A DNA stretch of 64,000 nucleotides from a virus (Duplodnaviria > Caudoviricetes). Shown here in pieces: positions 1-8,591 of this stretch. The stretch's first letter is position 1. Every line of letters starts with the position of its first letter. The notes under the pieces are model-generated. The model ran no database searches and was not told the origin of the DNA. It worked only from the letters and a program-made list of their open reading frames with translations. The stretch spans positions 64,001-128,000 of the IMG/VR virus record IMGVR_UViG_3300034069_002177. One strand, written 5' to 3'. The position numbers were made by a program, and so were the translations under genes.

Positions 1-1
1 T

Positions 2-289
2 GGCGAGAACGTTGGTCCGGCAGTGGAAGCGATGGACTATGCTGCTAAGAACGCACAGGAGAACTACGGTCAGCTTTTCAGGAACAAGATTGGTAGCGGC
101 TTGGAAGATGCGTTTACTGGTGGTGGCTATAAGTCTTCACCTAACCGCACCGTATGGCTCGCACTTGATGAGGATGCACCCATCATCTACACCTTGGATG
201 CAGACCGGGCACGAGATGCTGCCAAGATTTTGCGTCGCGGTTCTGATGAAGGTCAGAAGTTCACCAAGGTTGAAGTCAACCTTACGTAG
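2..289 (+). CDS. hypothetical protein, 5'-truncated at window edge
   Basis: Frame open from nt 2 to TAG at 287-289; phage-like codon usage; followed by a long inverted repeat. Confidence 0.6.
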   Translation, partial: GENVGPAVEAMDYAAKNAQENYGQLFRNKIGSGLEDAFTGGGYKSSPNRTVWLALDEDAPIIYTLDADRARDAAKILRRGSDEGQKFTKVEVNLT

Positions 290-298
290 TCGTGAGTC

Positions 299-340
299 AT
301 CATGGTCACATCCTTGATTTGGCGGGGATGTGACCATGAT
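299..340 (+). terminator. inverted repeat / probable terminator
   Basis: 15-bp perfect stem ATCATGGTCACATCC / GGATGTGACCATGAT just after the stop codon. Confidence 0.5.
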
Positions 341-727
341 GAGACTATGTGGTACCATTGATGTCAGTGGTCAGCACGACACTAGTAACAAGAGGCGAGA
401 GATAGCCTCTTCAAAGTTTCTTCGAAAAGTTTCTCGGAAAACTCGACAAATCGCTTTCGAGTGTGTATTCTCTAAACGTAGGGCAGCAAGCCCTACACCC
501 AAACTAGTCAAGAACCCTTGACGAAACCTAGGAGCAAACGTCACATGATGCGACAGCTATTTACGAACGGACACGCAGCTAAGCGTGCGTTCGATGCTGC
601 CGGAAAATGGCAGTCGCCCGTATGCTCAGATATTGAAACCCCAGCCTATAAGCTCGGTCAATTGAATAGCGGTTTCGTCGGAGGTGAACTCGACAAGTAG
701 ATCTAAACGTCTACCCCAGGCAATTTT

Positions 728-777
728 AAGCCGGGAGTCACCGAAGCGAAAGCAACGGGACTCTCGGCTTTTTGGTT
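728..777 (+). terminator. rho-independent terminator insulating the tRNA island
   Basis: AAGCCGGGAGTC...GACTCTCGGCTT stem followed by a T-tract. Confidence 0.6.
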
Positions 778-815
778 TGCCCCGAACAACACGAAAAAGA
801 AAATCAAGAAATAGT

Positions 816-844
816 TTGACAAAGGAAATACGGTCTGCTACATT
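816..844 (+). promoter_or_regulatory. sigma70/HrdB-type promoter at start of tRNA island
   Basis: TTGACA-17 nt-TACATT with TG extended -10, upstream of tRNA-Trp. Confidence 0.75.
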
Positions 845-898
845 AGAAATATAGTAACCGAGAACACAACAGCAAGATAGCAAGTCACAACACAATAT

Positions 899-971
<73 letters not shown>

Positions 972-1217
972 CAAAGCCTTTCATCGGAGGAAACGTTGAT
1001 GATGAAGGGTCCGCGAGTAGAAATACTCATTGGAAACTACACAGTGGATAAAGAAAGGGGATAGGTTGCCAAACCTATCCCACCCCTTGTCGTAAAAATC
1101 ACGAACTCTTCGGAGGTCGGGAGGAACAACAAGGTGTGATGAGGGCGGCAATCAACATGCCGTCGTATAGCCTCACGGCTCAAAACGAAGGACTTGATTG
1201 TCGTTCTCATCAGTAAT

Positions 1218-1299
1218 GGTAGTTTAGTCAAGTGGTCAACGACACCGCGCTGTAAACGCGACGGCTAAGCCTTCGGGAGTTCGAATCTCTCAACTACCA
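1218..1299 (+). tRNA. trnY: tRNA-Tyr(GTA)
   Basis: Cloverleaf with long variable arm; loop CT-GTA-AA. Confidence 0.93.
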
Positions 1300-1395
1300 C
1301 ATCTTTGCTAGTCACTCCAGTGGTGAGAAACTAGTCGTAGCGAACACTCGCGTCAAGGTTCGAAGTAGGTAAGGTCGCTCCTTATCTGCGTGCAT

Positions 1396-1478
1396 GGCGC
1401 ATTGCCCGAGTGGTCAAAGGGATCTGACTGTAAATCAGCCGCAAATATGCTACGGGAGTTCGAATCTCTCATGCGCCA
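1396..1478 (+). tRNA. trnY: tRNA-Tyr(GTA)
   Basis: Cloverleaf with long variable arm; loop CT-GTA-AA. Confidence 0.95.
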
Positions 1479-1520
1479 CAGTTCATAACGAACTAGTAGT
1501 AAGCAACACAGTTTCACCAT

Positions 1521-1592
1521 GCCTTTATAGCTGAGATGGTTTAGCAATCGGCTCTTAACCGATGGACGCGGGTTCGAATCCCTCTGGGGGCA
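1521..1592 (+). tRNA. trnK: tRNA-Lys(CTT)
   Basis: ATCGG-CT-CTT-AA-CCGAT; acceptor with 3 G-U pairs, one T-stem mismatch. Confidence 0.85.
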
Positions 1593-1718
1593 CATGTCGT
1601 TGTGGCGGGTAGCGCAAACCGAAGTACAAGGTAAGCGTCCAAAGCATGAAGGGTAACAGTCAAGCGCCGTGGCAAGGTGTGCTAGCAACCGTGAAGGTTG
1701 TAATGGCTTGACAAGCTT

Positions 1719-1792
1719 GGTTCTATAGCTCAGATGGTTAGAGCGCCGCCCTGTCACGGCGGAGGTCGCCGGTTCAAGTCCGGTTAGGATCG
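1719..1792 (+). tRNA. trnD: tRNA-Asp(GTC)
   Basis: Cloverleaf; CCGCC-CT-GTC-AC-GGCGG. Confidence 0.95.
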
Positions 1793-1889
1793 CGATGTAG
1801 CCGACAATATTCATCATCCTGCGAGACCTTTTATCGAAGGCGGTAGTGAGGCTTGAATGCGGACTTTCCTTCCGTACATCAAAGGATAT

Positions 1890-1962
1890 TCCTCTATAGC
1901 TCAATTGGCAGAGCATCTCACTGTTAATGAGACGGTTCGTGGTTCGAGTCCACGTGGGGGAG
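1890..1962 (+). tRNA. trnN: tRNA-Asn(GTT)
   Basis: Cloverleaf; U1-A72; loop CT-GTT-AA. Confidence 0.95.
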
Positions 1963-2064
1963 CAGTAATTCCGAGTCTGTGAGACTCGGGGTGAAACGAT
2001 GGTTAGGCTTTGGTATCGCTTCTCACAGGGGCGGTTGAAGGCTGTTCACATCCATAAAAAGAAC

Positions 2065-2135
2065 AGGGGTAATAGCTCAACGGTTAGAGCGCTCATCCGA
2101 GTGATGAGAGAAGCTGTTCAAATCAGCGAATCCTA
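2065..2135 (+). ncRNA. degenerate tRNA-like element (loop CC-GAG-TG)
   Basis: Canonical D arm TAGCTCAACGGTTAGAGC, AC stem CTCAT/ATGAG, T loop TTCAAAT; poor acceptor pairing; C33. Confidence 0.5.
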
Positions 2136-2308
2136 CAAAGCCTAAGATGGAAGGCGCTGCAAAGACTGTGCGGAGGTACCCCAAACAGAAACTAGCAATG
2201 TTGGAAGTTATGGCTTCGGGTTAGCATAAACCAGAATGCGGCGTGGGAGCGTGTATGGAACCGTGGTAGGTTCTACCCGATGTAAGAGGGAGGGAGAAAT
2301 CCTCACCC

Positions 2309-2380
2309 GACGAGATGGGCTAATTGGTCAGCCAGCGGACCTAATATCCGTGCATGGGAGTTCGAGCCTCCTTCTTGTCA
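2309..2380 (+). ncRNA. non-canonical tRNA (loop CC-TAA-TA, isotype undetermined)
   Basis: Fully paired acceptor GACGAGA/TCTTGTC, D stem GGCT/AGCC, AC stem GCGGA/TCCGT, T stem GGGAG/CTCCT; C33 and T37. Confidence 0.7.
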
Positions 2381-2386
2381 AAACAT

Positions 2387-2461
2387 GTCTGTGTAGCTCA
2401 GTCGGTTTAGAGTGCCACCCTGTCAAGGTGGAAGTCGCGGGTTCAAGTCCCGTCACAGTCG
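2387..2461 (+). tRNA. trnD: tRNA-Asp(GTC)
   Basis: Cloverleaf; loop CT-GTC-AA; one acceptor mismatch. Confidence 0.9.
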
Positions 2462-2844
2462 CAAGCAATTTGAAGGAGGTTAGCTTAGAAGTAGCAATCC
2501 TTTAAAGAGTGACGAGCGGCAATAAGCGTGATGGTGATAGCCGCACCCGATGCCTGAGTGAGAGTAAAGCTCAGGGGTTGCTAGAATAAGAACAAAGTCG
2601 AAATCCATCAGGAGTAGACGGAGTGAAGCGGGCGGTCCCTGCGTTCTGGATATACAAGGGTCAGAGTCTTTGGTGTAGTAACACACTTCTTTTTGCCTAA
2701 TGTTGTGGTATGAATTCCGACGACAAAACCTCGGATGGCAACTGAGTTCTAGACTCAGAGCAGTGATTCGAACACTGCACCACGACCCAACTTTACTGGT
2801 GTCAGTCCCAGTAAAAGGTCGCCGTAACCACTCGGTGACCATCT

Positions 2845-2918
2845 TCCCCGCTAGCACAATTGGCAGTTGCATCTGGTTCTGGACCAGAAGGTTCTAGGTT
2901 CGACTCCTAGGTGGGGAG
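2845..2918 (+). tRNA. trnQ: tRNA-Gln(CTG)
   Basis: Cloverleaf; U1-A72; loop TT-CTG-GA. Confidence 0.93.
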
Positions 2919-2954
2919 CAAAGGTCAATAATGACCCTCATCAGCAAATTTCAT

Positions 2955-3026
2955 TCCCCGATGGTGTAATTGGTAGCACGACTGGTTCTGGTCCAGTTAG
3001 TCTTGGTTCGAGTCCAGGTTGGGGAG
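2955..3026 (+). tRNA. trnQ: tRNA-Gln(CTG)
   Basis: Cloverleaf; loop TT-CTG-GT. Confidence 0.95.
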
Positions 3027-3101
3027 CGGGAGTGGTAGAAATTACCGCTTGTATCAACTTGCATACAGCAGTCAGATGTGCAAGAATCTAGACAGTAGTA
3101 A

Positions 3102-3172
3102 TCCCCTATAGTGTAATGGCAGCACGAGAGCCTTTGGAGCTTTTTGTTTTGGTTCGAATCCAGATGGGGGAA
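3102..3172 (+). tRNA. trnQ: tRNA-Gln(TTG)
   Basis: Cloverleaf; loop CT-TTG-GA. Confidence 0.92.
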
Positions 3173-3245
3173 CAAACGCGAAAGCGTCAAGCATTCCAGA
3201 ACGGTGACTACAACTCGCGCCGCTCCACGTTAGCATTCTGGATGC

Positions 3246-3317
<72 letters not shown>

Positions 3318-3421
3318 CAAGACACGTTCTCTACACCGAGGCGTCTTAGATACATCAAACAGCAGTGTGTAGTCAGGTTAGCTGGAATATGCAAGTTGCT
3401 CTATCAACTCAAACTGGGTAT

Positions 3422-3505
3422 GCGCACGTGGCGGAAATGGCAGACGCGCTAGCTTGAGGTGCTAGTGTTCGAAAGGACGTGAGGGTTCAAGTCCCTCCGC
3501 GCGCA
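3422..3505 (+). tRNA. trnL: tRNA-Leu(GAG)
   Basis: Long variable arm; loop TT-GAG-GT. Confidence 0.93.
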
Positions 3506-3573
3506 CACATGATTTGACAACATCGGTTTCGTTGGTGTACAGTTATGGAACAAGACAACAGAGAAAAAGATAT

Positions 3574-3655
3574 GCCCCTGTGGCGGAATTGGCAGACGCG
3601 CTCGACTCAAAATCGAGTTCTTCACGGAGTATCGGTTCAAGTCCGATTAGGGGTA
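3574..3655 (+). tRNA. trnL: tRNA-Leu(CAA)
   Basis: Long variable arm; loop CT-CAA-AA. Confidence 0.95.
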
Positions 3656-3699
3656 CAGGTTGTAGGCTGAAAATAACCAGCATAGTCAGAAGCCTATAT

Positions 3700-3773
3700 G
3701 CTCTCGTAGCCCAATCGGCAGAGGCGGTTGACTTAAAATCAATACAGTGTGGGTTCAAGTCCCACCGAGAGTA
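3700..3773 (+). tRNA. trnL: tRNA-Leu(TAA), short variable loop
   Basis: Loop CT-TAA-AA; short-arm form as in actinobacterial Leu(UAA). Confidence 0.92.
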
Positions 3774-3816
3774 CGCAACACAAGCAATAGAACAAATCCC
3801 ATTAATTAACACACCA

Positions 3817-3889
3817 CGGGGTGTGGCGCAGTTGGTAGCGCGCCCGTTTTGGGGGCGGGAGGTCGCAAGTTCGAATCTTGTCACCCCGA
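3817..3889 (+). tRNA. trnP: tRNA-Pro(TGG)
   Basis: C1-G72; loop TT-TGG-GG. Confidence 0.95.
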
Positions 3890-3942
3890 CGTAACAATGC
3901 ATTACACTAACAAGTAACGCAAGCAACAAAAGCAACACGTAT

Positions 3943-4015
3943 TCCTCGATAGCTCAATTGGCAGAGCATCGCACTGTTAATGCGACGGTTCTTGGTTCGA
4001 GTCCAAGTCGGGGAG
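3943..4015 (+). tRNA. trnN: tRNA-Asn(GTT)
   Basis: Cloverleaf; loop CT-GTT-AA. Confidence 0.95.
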
Positions 4016-4175
4016 CTAGGCGGTAGGGTCGCCTCTACACGTCGATTACGACAAACATCATGCAACAGTGCGTAGCACGCGCTTTCGCCCAATGGGCGGA
4101 CGACCGCCTCTACTAGCCGCATGGTCATAAAGTCGAAATCATTAGTACGGTGCATCCGCGCCTACCGCCCATGTT

Positions 4176-4342
4176 TTCCTTGAAGCACACTGGCAGTGCG
4201 CGCCTACATAGTAGGTCTTAAGAGATGGAGGTTCGAATCCTCCCAGCCGCCCTCGTGACGGCTGTAGTTCAATTCGTAGATTGGTAGAACAGACCGACAT
4301 AGCCGGTAACAAAGAATGTGGGTTCAAATCCCACCAAGGAAT
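4176..4342 (+). ncRNA. tandem double tRNA-like RNA with swapped acceptor strands
   Basis: Two D/AC/T-arm sets; TTCCTTG (4176-82) pairs with CAAGGAA (4335-41); CAGCCG (4244-49) pairs with CGGCTG (4259-64); both AC loops ACATAGY. Confidence 0.7.
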
Positions 4343-4524
4343 CGAAACAACATCTAGCAGCATGGTCAGGAAGATGACTTGGATGTTGTTGTATCGAGGT
4401 ATGAATGAACCCGCGTAGCGAACCATTCCCATCTTCACCTATTCTTTCCTCGTAAGAGGCGGTGTTTCCTAAATCCCTCGGGATGGACGGACTCAGGGCT
4501 TTCCGTAAAGTTTCGTCCACCAAA

Positions 4525-4913
4525 GGGGATGACTTGGATTCGACTGATTGATACAGGCGAAAAGAAGCGTGCCGTGGGTTGTCTGGCGACTACGTAAATT
4601 ACACCAGGCAAAAAGAAATGCAAACGCATCTCGCAACGACTTCGCACTCGCAGCCTAACCGCTACGAGGCTTAATGGAGTCTGTCTCAGCTTCCAATGCA
4701 GAATGATTCACGGCAGGAACTAGGCATCAGCAAAGAGGAATCCGATGCGTCACCTAACTACTGGGTGGCAAGCAGCGTAATCATGGTAGATAGACGATAA
4801 CGAGCCGGTGTCCATACCAACTCGTTGCAGTCGATAACCGCCCCAAATGGACTACGCACGTAGAAGGTTTCGGTTTATCAAGCAACACGCGGGTTCGATT
4901 CCCGCCATCTCCA
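4525..4913 (+). ncRNA. ssrA: tmRNA
   Basis: 5' GGGGATGACTTGGATTCGAC; 3' GCGGGTTCGATTCCCGCCATCTCCA with G3-U70; tag ORF 4620-4658 = ANASRNDFALAA*. Confidence 0.95.
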
Positions 4914-5109
4914 CGACCACTCACGAGAAGTACCGGCTCGATACCGGCATGATCCACCATATGGGTCATCTGCATGGCAACAGACTACGTGGGAGCACAT
5001 ATTTAGGTGAGAGTCCTTAGTCCAGACCGGGAGGGTATGACCGGGAGAGGGTGAAAGCCCCTAGGTGCCGCCTAACGTGGACGGCACCGCACAAACTTAC
5101 AAGTACGAG

Positions 5110-5139
5110 TTGACAGAAGCCATTTCTGCCTGTCATACT
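5110..5139 (+). promoter_or_regulatory. sigma70-type promoter
   Basis: TTGACA-18 nt-CATACT upstream of tRNA-Ser. Confidence 0.6.
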
Positions 5140-5160
5140 GAATGAACAGCAACACAATAT

Positions 5161-5249
5161 GGAGTGGTCGCATAGTCCGGCTTAGTGCAGCAGTCTTGAA
5201 AACTGCCGTGGCGTTAAAACCACCGTGGGTTCAAATCCCACCCGCTCCG
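5161..5249 (+). tRNA. trnS: tRNA-Ser(TGA)
   Basis: Long variable arm; loop CT-TGA-AA; G73. Confidence 0.95.
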
Positions 5250-5296
5250 CGAAGGTTATAGGGTAGACATACCCGTTCCCTTTCACAATCAAAAGA

Positions 5297-5453
5297 TGGC
5301 GTGTGGCGCAATTTGGCTGACGCAGTGGACTAGTACCTAACCCCTACGACTGGTGAGTTGTAATGGCATGGACGGAATCCACCGGAAATAGGGAGGCATT
5401 GGAAACGATGTCCCACCCGAGGTTCCTTGCAGGTTCGAGTCCTGTCACGTTGT
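5297..5453 (+). ncRNA. enlarged tRNA-like RNA with insertions in anticodon loop and variable arm
   Basis: Acceptor TGGCGTG/CACGTTG, D arm GCG/CGC, AC stem GTGGA/TCCAC enclosing ~48 nt, ~46 nt variable region, T arm GCAGG-TTCGAGT-CCTGT. Confidence 0.6.
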
Positions 5454-5469
5454 CTTCGATTGTGCCTTC

Positions 5470-5542
5470 GGGTTTTTAGCTCATCTGGTAGAGCGCTGCT
5501 TTTGCAAGGCAGAGGTGAGGGGTTCAAGTCCCCTAAGATCCA
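5470..5542 (+). tRNA. trnA: tRNA-Ala(TGC)
   Basis: G3-U70; loop TT-TGC-AA; unusual G48. Confidence 0.93.
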
Positions 5543-5568
5543 CGAGTCAAAGAAACTTCGGTTTTGAT

Positions 5569-5598
5569 TTGACTTAGATAGAAATTGTCTGGTAGTGT
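5569..5598 (+). promoter_or_regulatory. sigma70-type promoter
   Basis: TTGACT-18 nt-TAGTGT. Confidence 0.5.
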
Positions 5599-5670
5599 TG
5601 TGATAACAACAACGGAACTTGAAAAGACAACAGTGGAAATACAAGCTCAACGAAATTGGTTGAGCGAAAT

Positions 5671-5757
5671 GGAGCCGTCGCATAGTGGCCTAGTGCACCA
5701 CCCTGCTAAGGTGGAGTACCCGCAAGGGTACCGTGGGTTCAAATCCCACCGGCTCCG
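5671..5757 (+). tRNA. trnS: tRNA-Ser(GCT)
   Basis: Long variable arm; loop CT-GCT-AA. Confidence 0.96.
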
Positions 5758-5951
5758 CAAAGACCGAATGAGTAACCCCTGGTACGGGTAAAAATTCAGT
5801 CCTCGCTCAAATCAGCATCATCGATGCGGCTTCCAGCCGTGAAGTTGGAAAGTACATCGAGGGTGGTACCACTGAAACGAGCAATTGCCTTGGATGACTC
5901 AATAGGGGTGCGAAATGACATAAGTCATGAGCTTCACTGAATAGGCATTAT

Positions 5952-6038
5952 GGAACCGTCGCATAGTGGTCTAGTGCACCACCTTGGAAAGGTGGCATAC
6001 CTGCAAGGGTATCGAGAGTTCGAATCTCTCCGGTTCCG
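5952..6038 (+). tRNA. trnS: tRNA-Ser(GGA)
   Basis: Long variable arm; loop TT-GGA-AA. Confidence 0.96.
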
Positions 6039-6237
6039 CGTTGTCGTCTTCCAAGCGACAATCCCGACAAACCTGGGTGAAGGGTTGTTCAATGATGGCT
6101 AAGAACTAAAACCGAGCCATTGTGTATTTTCTTCATTCTTGCACTGACTAGAATGTTGCGGTTGATCCCGTTAGGAAATCTACGGAACGGCTTCGGTTGT
6201 TTCGGGTCGTTAGGGTTTGATCACCCTTTCGACGCAT

Positions 6238-6311
6238 GCCTCGCTAGCTCAATTGGCAGTAGCATCTGACTCTTAATCAGAGGGTTCCCGGTTCAAGTCC
6301 GGGGCGAGGCA
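6238..6311 (+). tRNA. trnK: tRNA-Lys(CTT)
   Basis: Cloverleaf; loop CT-CTT-AA. Confidence 0.95.
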
Positions 6312-6745
6312 CAAAGTATCTTCGGATACTTGCAGTAAGACAAGGCTTCCATGTACGCCGCAAGGTATGTAGAGAAATCGCTTCGCATGGGTGAGTCTTA
6401 CTGAGAACGTAGAGATGCGATTAGAGGCGTTCTTTCCACACTTGTACACCGGATCGGTCCTAGGAGCCTATCGTCACAGACGGCACATCCGAGGGAGGGG
6501 TTGATGAACCCTTGTACGTATACATCGTCGCTTCAAGCACAGCCTCTGTGAGGAACTGTTGCCAGTTCGGACGTAACCCGAACGCTCGTAAGTTCACAGC
6601 CTATGTAGAGGGGCTGGTGGGGCGCAATCCCATTGCGGTTATGAAAAGCCGAAAACTTGCAGCATTTTCGTCATGTGCGGGGTTCAATTCCCCAAGGGCG
6701 TCGGCTCAAACCCGGCGCGGTTGGATTCATTACCGTGGCGAATAT

Positions 6746-6819
6746 GGTGGGCGTAGCTCAGTTGGTAGAGCGCTGGCTTGTGGAGCCGGATGTCGCGGGT
6801 TCGAGCCCCGTCGTTCACC
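6746..6819 (+). tRNA. trnH: tRNA-His(GTG)
   Basis: Encoded G-1 opposite C73; loop TT-GTG-GA. Confidence 0.95.
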
Positions 6820-6994
6820 CGAATTACGTTCTGATTCAGATACCAAAAAGGAATCAGAAAGTCATCGAACAGCTTGGTATCTCTGTTGTGGATGGTGTGA
6901 AGTCGTATCGAGTCATCTTTTGCGTCGGCAGGCGTTGATGACAGGTGATGCATTCCGAAAGGAACTGCCCGTCGATAGCTTCACATAAGTTTTT

Positions 6995-7085
6995 GGAGGG
7001 GTCGCATAGTCCGGCTTAGTGCAGCAGTTTCGAAAGCTGCCGTAGGTGTCACATCCTACCGTGGGTTCAAATCCCACCCTCTCCG
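6995..7085 (+). tRNA. trnS: tRNA-Ser(CGA)
   Basis: Long variable arm; loop TT-CGA-AA. Confidence 0.95.
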
Positions 7086-7195
7086 CAATAGAGTTCAAGC
7101 AGCCCTGATTACCAGGAAGCATAAGATGACACTTGGACCTAGATTTCTTCATCGACTAGCAGATTCGTTCTGACTTGTCAGATGAAGTAAGTAAT

Positions 7196-7275
7196 GCCCG
7201 ATTGGTGGAATTGGCAGACACGCTGGCTTTAGGTGCCAGTGCTTAGGCGTGAGAGTTCAAGTCTCTCATCGGGTA
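7196..7275 (+). tRNA. trnL: tRNA-Leu(TAG)
   Basis: Loop TT-TAG-GT; Leu-type D arm. Confidence 0.94.
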
Positions 7276-7421
7276 CGCACGGATTCACAAGACGACTGGT
7301 GCAATGGTCGTTGCATAGTGCCTTGTTGTGATGATGTTGCCGGTTGGATCGGTATTGCACAATTGCCCCCCAACAAATCAGGTCCACCGAACGTCGTGAT
7401 GACAGTGCGGTGGGCTTCTGA

Positions 7422-7495
7422 CGCTCAGTAGCCAAGATGGTAAGGCGCACCGCTCATAACGGTGTTACGCGGTGGTTCGAGTCCACCCTGAGCGA
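7422..7495 (+). tRNA. trnM: tRNA-Met(CAT), elongator or Ile2
   Basis: Cloverleaf; CACCG-CT-CAT-AA-CGGTG. Confidence 0.88.
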
Positions 7496-7732
7496 CAAAG
7501 GTGATGAGGAAGGTCTTGACTACACTCATTATCTAACGGGACGACCCGGCAAGGTCGCTTTCGGTTCTCAGGTTTATCCCGTACACCCCTGAGACAGCAG
7601 TGTGAAACCTTTTGCCGAGGGTTGCTGCATTTTGAGACAGAAGAATGCATGTGATGTTATTGCCTCCGCGCTGACCTCTCCATGTTGGATATCTGTCGGA
7701 TCCTAAGTTGGTCACACTCGGCTTAGTTGTCT

Positions 7733-7806
7733 GGCGCGTTAGCACAATTGGTAGTTGCAGCACCCTTTCACGGTGCAGGTTACGGGTTCGAGCCCCGTAC
7801 GCGTCA
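7733..7806 (+). tRNA. trnE: tRNA-Glu(TTC)
   Basis: Loop CT-TTC-AC; 5-nt variable loop AGGTT. Confidence 0.92.
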
Positions 7807-7822
7807 CGTTTCTTGTTGGTAC

Positions 7823-7852
7823 TTGACAAGATAGGTAAGTCACCTGTAAGGT
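7823..7852 (+). promoter_or_regulatory. sigma70-type promoter
   Basis: TTGACA-18 nt-TAAGGT. Confidence 0.65.
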
Positions 7853-7867
7853 GATAGTAGTAAATAT

Positions 7868-7941
7868 GGCGCTGTAGCACAATTGGCAGTTGCATCGGTT
7901 TCTCAGACCGAAGGTTGCGGGTTCAAGTCCCGTCAGCGTCA
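7868..7941 (+). tRNA. trnE: tRNA-Glu(CTC)
   Basis: Loop TT-CTC-AG; 5-nt variable loop AGGTT. Confidence 0.9.
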
Positions 7942-8070
7942 CGATAACCCAAACGCTCCGAGGAATGTCGGAATCACTGGCGGGTTAGATAACTAACGAG
8001 AGACACTACGTAGCCTTCCTCAGGAGGTCTTTCGTCCAGAGTCGCCTACTGAGGCGGAAGCGACTACCAT

Positions 8071-8144
8071 GCCATCTTAGCTCAGTTGGAGAGAGCGACT
8101 GTTTGAAAAGCAGTAGGTCACCGGTTCGGCTCCGGTAGTTGGCA
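8071..8144 (+). tRNA. trnF: tRNA-Phe(GAA)
   Basis: Loop TT-GAA-AA; one acceptor mismatch. Confidence 0.88.
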
Positions 8145-8171
8145 CACTGGTTCCTTTTAGGACCACGTTAT

Positions 8172-8246
8172 ACCCTTGTAGTTCAGTAGAGATTAGGGCG
8201 CTTGTCGATGAGACAGGAGGCGGTGGTTCAAGTCCACCTGGGGGTA
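8172..8246 (+). ncRNA. non-canonical tRNA-like element (loop CG-ATG-AG)
   Basis: Acceptor ACCCTTG/TGGGGGT, AC stem CTTGT/ACAGG, perfect T arm GGTGG-TTCAAGT-CCACC; G33. Confidence 0.6.
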
Positions 8247-8363
8247 CGGTTGAGAGACTTTGCAAGGTCTCGATGCAAGTTCGGCGGGAATTGAACCCGT
8301 GCGGGGCGCAAGCTACGGTTGTCGTATGAGGAAGCTTACTCAGATAGTCTTCGCGTAGCACAT

Positions 8364-8436
<73 letters not shown>

Positions 8437-8517
8437 CAAACGGTGAGAGCCACTGGTTCTTAGCCGTCTTATCTCTACATCAACATCCAATCTATAGATA
8501 CGGCGTTGCTGTAGGGT

Positions 8518-8591
8518 TCCCTGTTGCGACTAATGGAATATGTCGTCTTCACAAGAACGAAGAGATGCCAGTTCGACTCTGGTACGGGGAG
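8518..8591 (+). ncRNA. non-canonical tRNA-like element with 8-nt anticodon loop (ACAAGAAC)
   Basis: Acceptor TCCCTGT/ACGGGGA, D stem CGAC/GTCG, AC stem TCTTC/GAAGA, T arm GCCAG-TTCGACT-CTGGT. Confidence 0.6.

Noticed and set aside
2330-2350. Amber suppressor or pyrrolysine tRNA reading of the 2309-2380 element
   Set aside because: CTA is off-centre in the 7-nt loop and the arms lack tRNA-Pyl geometry. Kept only as an undetermined non-canonical tRNA.
6610-6712. Sec/Ser-like tRNA (6-bp D-like stem, long variable arm, T loop)
   Set aside because: No acceptor-stem pairing could be found and the anticodon loop is 6 or 8 nt with TGA rather than TCA.
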